Assembly: GCA_040878325.1 (NCBI GenBank)
Contig: JBBDMM010000016.1
Span: 124,001 to 188,000, forward strand
Direction of reading: 5' to 3'
DNA from: Acidimicrobiia bacterium
GTDB lineage: Bacteria > Actinomycetota > Acidimicrobiia > Spongiisociales > UBA11373
Length of the DNA stretch: 64,000 bases
Below are positions 21,580 through 29,701 of the stretch, piece after piece (within the stretch, counting starts at the first letter, position 1; every line of letters begins with the position of its first letter). Position numbers and translations under genes: made by a program. The notes beneath the pieces were generated by a model. The model searched no databases, had not been told where the DNA came from, and saw only the letters and a program-made list of their open reading frames with translations.

Positions 21580-22194
21580 TCAATCGCCCCAGTACCGTTG
21601 CTCCTTGAACGGGTCGCCGTACATGTGATACCCGTTGCGCTCCCAGAACCCCGGCTCGTCGTGGTCGAGCAGGTCGATCCCGCGCACCCACTTCACCGAC
21701 TTCCAGAAATAGAGGTGCGGAACCACCAGCCGCAGAGGCCATCCGTGATCCGGTTCGAGTTCCTCGCCTCCGAACCGCCAGGCGAAGAGGTTTCCCTCCC
21801 GGGCGAAATCGGCCAAAGGGAGGTTGGCGGTGAAGCCGTGCTCGGCGCGGATGACGACGTGCGTGGCGGACTGCTGTGACCCTGCCTGCTCCAGCACCGT
21901 CGTCGTGGGCACCCCCTCCCACTCGGTGTCGAATTTCGACCACTTCGTGACGCAGTGGATGTCGGCGGTGATGGTATTGGTGGGCAGCGAACGGAACTCG
22001 TCGAAACCCAGCCGCAGCGGAACGTCGACCAGCCCCCCGACCGTGAAGTCCCAGGTGGCCGGATCGGTCTCGGGGACGATTCCCGCGTGAAGGACCGGGA
22101 ACCGGTCGGTGTTGTACTGGCCGGGCGGAAGACGGGAGGGGTCGATCCCCTGGGCCGCCAGCTCACTCCGATTCCGCTCGAAGAATGACGTCAC
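21580..22194 (-). CDS. Sulfite oxidase-like molybdopterin oxidoreductase (YuiH type)
   Basis: RLPPGQ, DIHCVTKWS (Mo-ligating Cys), HGWPLRLVVPHLYFWKSVKW, GFWERNGYH; GTG start 22194. Confidence 0.92.
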   Translation of the reverse strand: MTSFFERNRSELAAQGIDPSRLPPGQYNTDRFPVLHAGIVPETDPATWDFTVGGLVDVPLRLGFDEFRSLPTNTITADIHCVTKWSKFDTEWEGVPTTTVLEQAGSQQSATHVVIRAEHGFTANLPLADFAREGNLFAWRFGGEELEPDHGWPLRLVVPHLYFWKSVKWVRGIDLLDHDEPGFWERNGYHMYGDPFKEQRYWGD

Positions 22195-22259
22195 CGGCGG
22201 GATGGTACAGGCCGAATAGCAGGGGTTTCTAGGCGGCGGCGGGCGGTACGCTCCCGAGC

Positions 22260-22874
22260 GTGATCGATTCTCCCCAGCCTGCCGGCCCCGACCCGCTCGC
22301 ACCCCACGAACCCGCTCCCGAGCCGCGGCGGCGAGGGCCGCGCTGGCCGCTGGGGGCACTCACGCTGGTGGCTGCGGCGTTCGTCGTGATCGGCATCGCC
22401 TTCTTCGGGGGCGACGATCAGTCCGGTCCGACGATCCCGACGATCGGGGGCGCTCCCACCGGAGACGAAGCACCGGATTTCGCCGTCGATCTGATCGCCG
22501 GCGGCCGCTTCCGGCTCAGCGACCACCTGGAGAGCGACGGGCGCCCGGTGATCCTCAACCTGTGGGCATCGTGGTGCGGTCCGTGCCGCGAGGAGATGCC
22601 CGCGCTCGACGCGGTGGCCGCCGCCAATCCAGAGGTGTTCCTGATCGGGGTCGCGGTGGACGACGACCCCACCGCCGCCCGCAACTTTGCCGCCGAGATC
22701 GGCGTGTCGTACGCACTGGCGGTCGACGAAGATGACGCGGTCGGGGCCCGCTACCCCTCTCCGGGGCTTCCTGCCACCTTCTTCGTCGACGGGGACGGCC
22801 AATTGGTCCGCATCGTGTACGGCGGGGTGACGCAGGATCAGGTTCAGGACCTGATCGACTCGTTGTTCGGATAG
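22260..22874 (+). CDS. TlpA/ResA-like membrane-anchored thiol:disulfide reductase
   Basis: TM anchor, APDF, NLWASWCGPCREEMP, GLPATFFVD. Confidence 0.92.
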   Translation: MIDSPQPAGPDPLAPHEPAPEPRRRGPRWPLGALTLVAAAFVVIGIAFFGGDDQSGPTIPTIGGAPTGDEAPDFAVDLIAGGRFRLSDHLESDGRPVILNLWASWCGPCREEMPALDAVAAANPEVFLIGVAVDDDPTAARNFAAEIGVSYALAVDEDDAVGARYPSPGLPATFFVDGDGQLVRIVYGGVTQDQVQDLIDSLFG

Positions 22875-22887
22875 CCCTGGCCGAACC

Positions 22888-24654
22888 TCAGATGACCCAG
22901 AACACCGGAGCCAGCACCGCCACCATGGCAAGGGCGTAGATCGTCAGCGGGGTGCCCAGCCTGGCGTAGTCGCCGAAGCGGTACCCGCCCGGGCCCCACA
23001 CCATGGTGTTCGTTTGATAACCGATCGGGGTGAGGAACGACGCTGAGGCCATGAGGGCCACCACGATGGCGAAGGCGCGCGGGTCGGCGCCTGCGTCGTT
23101 GGCTGCGGCCACTGCCACCGGGAACATCAGCACGGCCGCCGCGTTGTTGGTGATGGCCTCGGTCAACGCCAGCGTCGCCAGGGAGACCGCCAGGACCAGC
23201 GCGGCCGGGCCCAAGCTCTCTGCCGGAGCCACCAGACCGTCGGCGATTCGCTGAGCCAGGCCGGTGATGCCGATGGCCTCCCCCAGCCCGAAGGCAGCGG
23301 CGATCACGACGATCACGTCCAGGTCGACCGCGGTCCGCGCTTCGTTGGGGCTGAGCACCCCGAACACCACCATCGCGATCGCTCCGAGCAGCGACGCCTC
23401 CAGGATCGGGAGAAGCCCGGACCCGGCAGCCACCACGACCGCCAGGCCCACGAGGCTCGCCGGCACGATCTTCTTGGGCCGAGCGGGCTCGGGACCGCCG
23501 AATCGTGAAACAAGCAGGAAGTCGTTGCTCCCGTGCCAACGATCCTGAAATGCCGGCGATGCCAGCACCAGCAGCGTGTCTCCAGTCTTGAGCCGCACCT
23601 CTCCCAGCTTCCCCTCCACCCGCTGGCCCGCCCGATGGATGGCAAGAACGGCTGCCTGGTATCGCTGGCGGAATCCGATTCCCTTGAGTGATGCCCCGAC
23701 GAGCGGAGAGGCGTCACCGATCACTGCTTCGAAGAAGGCGTGCTGGCCGGTGGGGATGGCCACCGCATGCTCCTGGGCTTCCGGGGTGATCCCGGCGCGG
23801 TCGTGCACGTCGGCGACCTCGCGGGCGTTGCCCACGAACCGGAGCCGGTCACCGCCGCGCAGAACCGTGCTCGGCGTAACCGGGGCGATCGTCTCGCCGG
23901 CACGCTCTACCTGAGCGAGGAACACTCCCGCCAGGTGGCGCAGGTCGGCGGCGGCCACCGAGAGCCCGTCGAGCGGACCACCGGTATCGACGGTCATCTC
24001 GACGACGAACTCCCGCACATCCTCGATGTCCTGGCGCGCCGGACGCCGGTCGGGGAGGATGCTCGGCGCCAGGAGAACCAGAAGGGCGACCCCTCCGATT
24101 GCCACCGGGAGCCCGATCTTCGAGATCTCGAAGAATCCCATCGGATCCATCCCCGCCGACTCGAGGAGGCCCGACACCACGACATTGGTCGAGGTCCCGA
24201 TCAGAGTGACCATTCCGCCGAGCATGGCCGCATACGAAAGGGGCATCAGGAACCGGGAGACCGACCGGCCCATCCGCTGGGTCCACCGGCTCACCGGTGG
24301 CACCATCATCGCCACGATCGGCGTGTTGTTCAAGAACGCCGAGGCGGCCGCCGTGGGAACCAGCAGACGGGTGAGGGTCCGCCGATCACCGCCACCAGAA
24401 CCCAAGACGAGGTCGACGATCCGGTTGAGGATTCCGGTGCGTTCGATCCCGGCGGCCACCACGTACAACGCGGCGACCGTTATCGGGGCGGGGTTCCCGA
24501 ACCCGCCGAAGGCCTCGTGGGGCTCCAGCACACCCGCTACCAGCAACGCAACGACGGCGCCGAAGACGATCGCCGATGGCGCGGTGAAGTCACGGGCCAG
24601 AAGGATGATTGTCAGCACCACCACTGCCAGCGTGAACCAGGCTTCCCAGGTCAT
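22888..24654 (-). CDS. SLC13 family permease with TrkA-C (RCK_C) domains
   Basis: SAFLNNTP, TLIGTSTN, two RCK_C repeats, ITNNAAA, TPIGYQTN; start ATG 24654 with AGGAG SD. Confidence 0.92.
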   Translation of the reverse strand: MTWEAWFTLAVVVLTIILLARDFTAPSAIVFGAVVALLVAGVLEPHEAFGGFGNPAPITVAALYVVAAGIERTGILNRIVDLVLGSGGGDRRTLTRLLVPTAAASAFLNNTPIVAMMVPPVSRWTQRMGRSVSRFLMPLSYAAMLGGMVTLIGTSTNVVVSGLLESAGMDPMGFFEISKIGLPVAIGGVALLVLLAPSILPDRRPARQDIEDVREFVVEMTVDTGGPLDGLSVAAADLRHLAGVFLAQVERAGETIAPVTPSTVLRGGDRLRFVGNAREVADVHDRAGITPEAQEHAVAIPTGQHAFFEAVIGDASPLVGASLKGIGFRQRYQAAVLAIHRAGQRVEGKLGEVRLKTGDTLLVLASPAFQDRWHGSNDFLLVSRFGGPEPARPKKIVPASLVGLAVVVAAGSGLLPILEASLLGAIAMVVFGVLSPNEARTAVDLDVIVVIAAAFGLGEAIGITGLAQRIADGLVAPAESLGPAALVLAVSLATLALTEAITNNAAAVLMFPVAVAAANDAGADPRAFAIVVALMASASFLTPIGYQTNTMVWGPGGYRFGDYARLGTPLTIYALAMVAVLAPVFWVI

Positions 24655-24686
24655 GGGCCGCTCCTGGGCCGCTCCTGCGGAGCGGC

Positions 24687-24721
24687 GCGATTGGCGATTG
24701 GCGATTGGCGATTGGCGACTT
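24687..24721. repeat. Heptamer tandem repeat (GCGATTG) x4 plus one degenerate unit
   Basis: Read directly from the sequence; lies between NUDIX and SLC13. Confidence 0.9.
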
Positions 24722-24769
24722 GCCAGGTCGCGCAGCCGTGCCACTTGACTTGCCGCTGGGTGAACCGGC

Positions 24770-25252
24770 TCAATCCACGTCTCCCAGGTACACCGGCCCG
24801 GGCTGCCCGCCGCGCAGGAACCCCGCCACGGACGCCGCCAGCGCACGCGGGAAGAACACCCGGTCGGCGATGTCCTCGGGCGACAGCCAGGCCGTCCCGA
24901 CCTGATCGGTGTCGACGGCGGTGGCCACCCCCCGATCGTCGATGAGCCGGGACTCGAACATGAACTCGATGGCGTGATCCGCCGGGTCGAATGGCAGCTC
25001 GGGCCGCAAGGCGACGATCAGCTCACGCACCCACAGCAGGCGGATCGGCTCCACCACGCACCCGGTCTCCTCGGCGACCTCGCGGCGGAGGGCGTCTGCC
25101 AACGTCTCACCGGGCCGCTGGCCGCCTCCGGGAAACCCGAACCACTCGGACTGCCCACCGACAGGCCGATGGTGGTTGGCCAGCACCCGCCCGTCCTTGA
25201 CGACAACTGCCTTGGCCGAAGGGCGCAGCCGGCTCGGGACGATTGAGCTCAC
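24770..25252 (-). CDS. NUDIX hydrolase
   Basis: Nudix box PGGGQRPGETLADALRREVAEETG. Confidence 0.9.
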   Translation of the reverse strand: MSSIVPSRLRPSAKAVVVKDGRVLANHHRPVGGQSEWFGFPGGGQRPGETLADALRREVAEETGCVVEPIRLLWVRELIVALRPELPFDPADHAIEFMFESRLIDDRGVATAVDTDQVGTAWLSPEDIADRVFFPRALAASVAGFLRGGQPGPVYLGDVD

Positions 25253-26016
25253 CGACCGCGCCAGTTCGGTCGCCGCTTCTCGAGGAACGCCGCAACACCT
25301 TCCGCAGCGTCCTCGGTCGCCGCCACCGAAGTCAGCCCGATATGGAGTTGAGCCACCGCCGAATCGAAGTCCAGATCTTCGACCGCAAAGAACGAGTCGC
25401 GCCCCAGCCGGAGAACCGCCGGGCTGGCGGCAGCGAGTCCCGACACAACCAGATCGACCGCCTCATCGAGCTCGGATCGCCGCACCACCCGGGAGACCAC
25501 TCCGAGGCGCTGGGCCTCCTCGGCCGTGATCGACCGCCCGGTCATCATGAGCTCCAACACCGCCTTGTGCGGCATCACCCGCTGCAGCACTGCCGTGATC
25601 ATCATCGGCCACAGACCCACCTTGATCTCGGGGGTGCCGAAAGTCGCTTCCTTCACGGCCACGACGATGTCGCACGCAGCCGCCAATCCGAAGCCGCCGG
25701 CGAGTGCATGCCCGTTGACCCTGGCCACTGTTGGCTTTCCGCAAGTCCGCAGGGAACGCAGCAAGCGGCCGAGCGCCCCCCGTTCGTCATGGTCGGCGAT
25801 CGGGTTCTCCACGAAACCCCCGCTCAGGTCACCGCCGGCGGAGAACGCCTGGTTGCCGGCGCCGGTGATGACGACCACCCGCACCGACGGGTCGGCGGCG
25901 GCGCGGTCGATCAGATCGGCGATCTCGCCCATGGCCGCATTCGACAGCGGGTTGCGACGCTCCGGGTCGTCGATCGTGATCGTGGCTCGCGGCGGTTCGA
26001 CCTCGTAACGGAGCAC
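25249..26016 (-). CDS. Enoyl-CoA hydratase/isomerase family protein
   Basis: FSAGGDL, VNGHALAGG, FGTPEIKVG, EGVAAFLEKRRP. Confidence 0.92.
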   Translation of the reverse strand: MLRYEVEPPRATITIDDPERRNPLSNAAMGEIADLIDRAAADPSVRVVVITGAGNQAFSAGGDLSGGFVENPIADHDERGALGRLLRSLRTCGKPTVARVNGHALAGGFGLAAACDIVVAVKEATFGTPEIKVGLWPMMITAVLQRVMPHKAVLELMMTGRSITAEEAQRLGVVSRVVRRSELDEAVDLVVSGLAAASPAVLRLGRDSFFAVEDLDFDSAVAQLHIGLTSVAATEDAAEGVAAFLEKRRPNWRGR

Positions 26017-26058
26017 ACGGCGATTCTACGGGTCGGGATCGGATCCCCCATGCCAGCC

Positions 26059-27261
26059 TCAGGCGGCGATGGCTGCCCGACGCTCGAGGACCCGTCGGAG
26101 GGCGGTGACCACTTCAGGGTCGTAGTCGTACGCCGCGCCTCGATGCAGAGTCTCGATCGCCTCGATCGGCGACAGCCCGTTGTTCATCTCACCGTCGTAT
26201 GCGGCGGCGACGCGCAGGATCTTCGACGCCAGGGGGTGGTCCGGGTCGCGCTCCTCGCCGGGTCGGCGGTAGGGATGGTGCTGGGCGGCGACGACCTCCG
26301 CCACATTCTCGAGATATCTCGCTTCGGAGACGATCGCGGCACTCCACCCTGAGACATCCGACAGCGTGTACGACCCCGCCGCCACCGTCGGATTGGCCAG
26401 CACCACCCGGCCGAGGTCGTGGAGGAGAGCGGCGTATTCCAGACGCTGCAATACGCCCGCCGACAGGCCCATCTCGGCCCCGACGCCCACCGCAATGTCG
26501 GCAACGCGAGCGGCGTGACCCACGGCCACCAGACCGCCGGCCTCCGGGATCGCACCCAGGGCCTGAATCGTCTGCCGGTAGGTGCTCCGGGTGGTCTGCA
26601 CCCGGTGTAATGAGACATGGCTGAATGCGTACGGCAATCCGGCCAGTGGAAGCGCCCACCACCCCATCGCGGGCGCAGTGAGCCCGTAGAGCGCCCCACT
26701 CGAGAAGAGTGCGAGGTAGGCGGGCCAGTCTTCGAGGGCCCGGACCAGGGCCAACCGCCGCGGAGCAAGGCGCGCCTGACGGGAGTAGAACGCCCGCACC
26801 ACCACCACGGTGAGAAACCACATGACGGCGGCGACCCCAAAGGCCGCCATACCGAGTGCCGCGCTATATGTCCCGGTGGGGATCAACATCGCGGCGGCGG
26901 CCATCACCCCGACGAAGACGACGAGCCCGGCCGGCTCGGCGGGGAACATCTGGTCGGACACGCGGCGACCGTGTACCAACTGCACTACGAACCAGCCAAG
27001 GGGAAGGGCGACCGCGGCCGCCCCGAGCACCAGCACCGTGGATCCCTGCGATTCGAGGGCGAAGCCGGCGGCGACGGCGACCAACAGAGGGGCACCCCGG
27101 CCCGACGGATTGGGAATCAGCAAGAGGTGGCCGACGACAAAGATCGCAGCGACCACGACAAACTTCCAGCCGGCCGCCCAATGGACTGCTGCGGCAGCAC
27201 CCAGGCCGGGGGCTACCAGCAGGGCGAAGCGGCGGAGGAAGGTGTCAGGCACGGATCGCAC
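26059..27261 (-). CDS. Membrane protein with a degenerate C-terminal HD-GYP-like domain
   Basis: About 7 TMs, then GHAARVA, ALLHDLGR, QHHPYRRPG, SKILRVAAAYD, YDPEVV. Confidence 0.82.
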   Translation of the reverse strand: MRSVPDTFLRRFALLVAPGLGAAAAVHWAAGWKFVVVAAIFVVGHLLLIPNPSGRGAPLLVAVAAGFALESQGSTVLVLGAAAVALPLGWFVVQLVHGRRVSDQMFPAEPAGLVVFVGVMAAAAMLIPTGTYSAALGMAAFGVAAVMWFLTVVVVRAFYSRQARLAPRRLALVRALEDWPAYLALFSSGALYGLTAPAMGWWALPLAGLPYAFSHVSLHRVQTTRSTYRQTIQALGAIPEAGGLVAVGHAARVADIAVGVGAEMGLSAGVLQRLEYAALLHDLGRVVLANPTVAAGSYTLSDVSGWSAAIVSEARYLENVAEVVAAQHHPYRRPGEERDPDHPLASKILRVAAAYDGEMNNGLSPIEAIETLHRGAAYDYDPEVVTALRRVLERRAAIAA

Positions 27262-28555
27262 GCTCCCTCACCAGTCGCTCCACCTCAGCGGCGCTCTCCT
27301 CGTCGGGCGAGCCGTACACCTCTCCGGCCGCCTCGATCGCGGCGATCAGGGCGGCGACCACCTCGGGTCCATACACATCGTCGCGGCGGCGCAGCTGGTC
27401 GAAGGCGGTTGCCTGATTGACCGCCGACCGGTATGACCGGGTGCTGGTCATCGCGTCAAAGGCATCTGCCGCTGCCAGGATCCGGCTCTCCAACGGCACC
27501 TCGGCCTTGCTCCCGTCGTCGAGCAGCGCGTGCTGGCCGGCGACGATGGCCACCATCGGACGAAGGAAGTCGACCCGACTGAGCACCTCCTCGACGACCT
27601 GCATGTGGCGCACCGTCTGGCGGTACTCGTCATCGGTGAGCAACCCCGGCTTGTGCAGCAGGCTCGCCGGCACCGCCACCTTGCCGACGTCGTGGATCAG
27701 CGCCGCCCAGCGGAGCGTCTCGAGCCGCTCGGGCCCGAGGCCCAATTCCTCGCCGGTAATCCGGACGAACCTCGCAACCCGCTCGGTGTGCCCTCTGGTG
27801 TATGGGTCCAGCGCTTCGACGGCCTTGACGAACCCCCGGATGGTGTCCTCGTGCGCCTCCCGGAGCTTGCTGTAGGAGGCGAAGCCGACATGGCCCACCA
27901 CGAAGGTCAGGAACATCAGCGGAAGGATCAATGGCCCCACCAGCACGTACGCCGCCCCGAGAATCCCGCCGAAGGCACCCAGTACCGAAAGGGCAAAGTG
28001 ATTGGCGAGCATCTTCGACCACGGCCGCAGGTCGCGGTCGGGATAGGCGACACGCACATAGAGGGCGACCAAACGGAAGTTGACCCAGTCGTAGACCACC
28101 GCGGCGAGGGCGGCCCCAACGGCGAGCAACGGGAGGTCGCGACCGGTGACCGGGCCGTCGGGGAGGAACGGCAGGAACACGGCGATACCGACCGCGGCCG
28201 AGATGACCAGTTGCCCGAAGTTCCCGGCGGGCTGCCGCCACCGCCGCTCCCGCAAGTCGTCGGGATGCAACGCCGACACCGCCGCCATGAGGGCCACGGC
28301 CAGAACGGCGCTCTCCCGACCAAAGACGACCGCGGCCGTGAACGCCACCATCATCGCCGAAGACACGAACAGCCGATCGTTGACTTCGACCGCGCTGATC
28401 TGGAGAAAGAAGAAGGAGGCGGCCAAAACGAACCAGACGCCCAATGGCTGCGGGTCCGACTGGACCACGAAGAGGAGGGCGAGGACCACCGCTCCCGCCG
28501 CGGCAAAGGAGCCGGCGAGGATGGCGGTCTTGCGATCGTGTGAGGTGCTTGTCAT
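27245..28555 (-). CDS. Membrane-bound HD-GYP-like phosphohydrolase
   Basis: About 7 TMs, then LDPYTRGHTERV, IHDVGK, ADAFDAMTSTRSYR; the HHExxDGxGYP motif is degenerate. Start at 28555 or 28582. Confidence 0.88.
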   Translation of the reverse strand: MTSTSHDRKTAILAGSFAAAGAVVLALLFVVQSDPQPLGVWFVLAASFFFLQISAVEVNDRLFVSSAMMVAFTAAVVFGRESAVLAVALMAAVSALHPDDLRERRWRQPAGNFGQLVISAAVGIAVFLPFLPDGPVTGRDLPLLAVGAALAAVVYDWVNFRLVALYVRVAYPDRDLRPWSKMLANHFALSVLGAFGGILGAAYVLVGPLILPLMFLTFVVGHVGFASYSKLREAHEDTIRGFVKAVEALDPYTRGHTERVARFVRITGEELGLGPERLETLRWAALIHDVGKVAVPASLLHKPGLLTDDEYRQTVRHMQVVEEVLSRVDFLRPMVAIVAGQHALLDDGSKAEVPLESRILAAADAFDAMTSTRSYRSAVNQATAFDQLRRRDDVYGPEVVAALIAAIEAAGEVYGSPDEESAAEVERLVRERAIRA

Positions 28556-28564
28556 ATGGGGTAG

Positions 28565-28773
28565 CGGGGAAGCCCGGGTCATTCAGTTATCCGATACGCC
28601 AAGTCATTTGGCTTTCGTATCGGCAGGATCTTTCGGCCAATTTCCCACGGTCGACCACATGTCACCTACCGCTTCCCTTCGTCGGAGGCTCGCCGCCGGT
28701 TCTAATCCGGTGGCGGCTGAATCCGCTTCGCTCGTTGTCGAGGGCTAGCCATACGATGACCCGGGCAACCCCG
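28565..28773. repeat. 18-bp imperfect inverted repeats enclosing 173 bp
   Basis: cggggaagcccgggtcat (28565-28582) vs atgacccgggcaaccccg (28756-28773), 16/18 complementary. Confidence 0.7.
28604..28660 (-). CDS. Possible 18-aa small ORF MWSTVGNWPKDPADTKAK
   Basis: ATG preceded by GGTAGGTGAC (matches the anti-SD, short spacing); TGA lies 48 nt before the HD-GYP start. Confidence 0.3.
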   Translation of the reverse strand: MWSTVGNWPKDPADTKAK

Positions 28774-29026
28774 GTGTCGCCGATCGTGTCCGACTCTCAT
28801 CGGCACGATCTGCGCGCACCTTCACCTGTCAAGTGACCGCTACCCGCCGCCAGGAAATGAGCCCTGGCGCGCAAGAACGGACGCCCCCGCAATCGGGGAG
28901 ACGTCCGCCCAATCAGGACACTAACCGGTCTTCGGCCCCTGCCAAGCGATTTTCGCGTTCTCATGACAATGGGTGACCAAACTGACTACCCTTCGTGGTG
29001 GAACGGTGGGCGTGGGAATTCGGGGA

Positions 29027-29650
29027 GTGGAACGGGTGGACATCCAAGAGCTCGAAGAAACTCTCTCCCGTCTGCCCTCGATCAACGCCGTGCGGGTGGT
29101 CGGCGGTAGGGACGGAATTCGCGAGGTGCATGTGCTCGCCGCCCCCGACAAGGCCCCCAAGCAGGTCGTGCGCGACGTCCAGTCACTGGCCCTCGCCCGG
29201 TTTGGTATCACCGTCGACCGGCGGGCGATCTCGGTGGTGCAGATTGGCCCCGAGCGCCTCGATGCAGGCGACGATCGGCCCGCCATCAAGGGGGTGCACG
29301 AGATCCCCGAAGGGGCGCGCACCACCGTGGCGGTCACCCTCGGATGGCACGGCGAAGAATACGTCGGCACCGCCACCGGCCCGGCGGCGCCGACGGCACG
29401 CCACCGCCTCGTCGGCGAAGCGGCCATCCGCGCCATCGAGGACCTACTCCCCGGCGAGGCGCTGGCCCTCGACGCGGTAGGCGCGCCGATGATCGGGATG
29501 CGGACGGTGATCGTCGTCGTGATCGTCTCCACCGGCGAGCGCGGCGAAGAGATCTCGATCGGCTCGGCCCTCAGCCACGGCGACGACAGCGAGACGGTGG
29601 TACGGGCGGTCCTCGACGCCCTCAACCGGCGGATCACCCGCCCGGAGTAG
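29027..29650 (+). CDS. Conserved hypothetical protein; C-terminal half resembles the LeuA allosteric domain
   Basis: Good coding bias; ...EEYVGTATG...EAAIRAIE...GSAL...ETVVRAVLDALNRR. Start uncertain (28973/29027/29036). Confidence 0.75.
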   Translation: MERVDIQELEETLSRLPSINAVRVVGGRDGIREVHVLAAPDKAPKQVVRDVQSLALARFGITVDRRAISVVQIGPERLDAGDDRPAIKGVHEIPEGARTTVAVTLGWHGEEYVGTATGPAAPTARHRLVGEAAIRAIEDLLPGEALALDAVGAPMIGMRTVIVVVIVSTGERGEEISIGSALSHGDDSETVVRAVLDALNRRITRPE

Positions 29651-29701
29651 GAGGAGGGCTGGAGCCGTAGCTGGAGCTTTGCCGCGTTATCGTCGGGCCG
29701 C

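Noticed and set aside
28700..28780. GCTGAATCC as part of a c-di-AMP (ydaO) riboswitch
   Set aside because: The other conserved elements were not found by eye; a cmscan would be needed.
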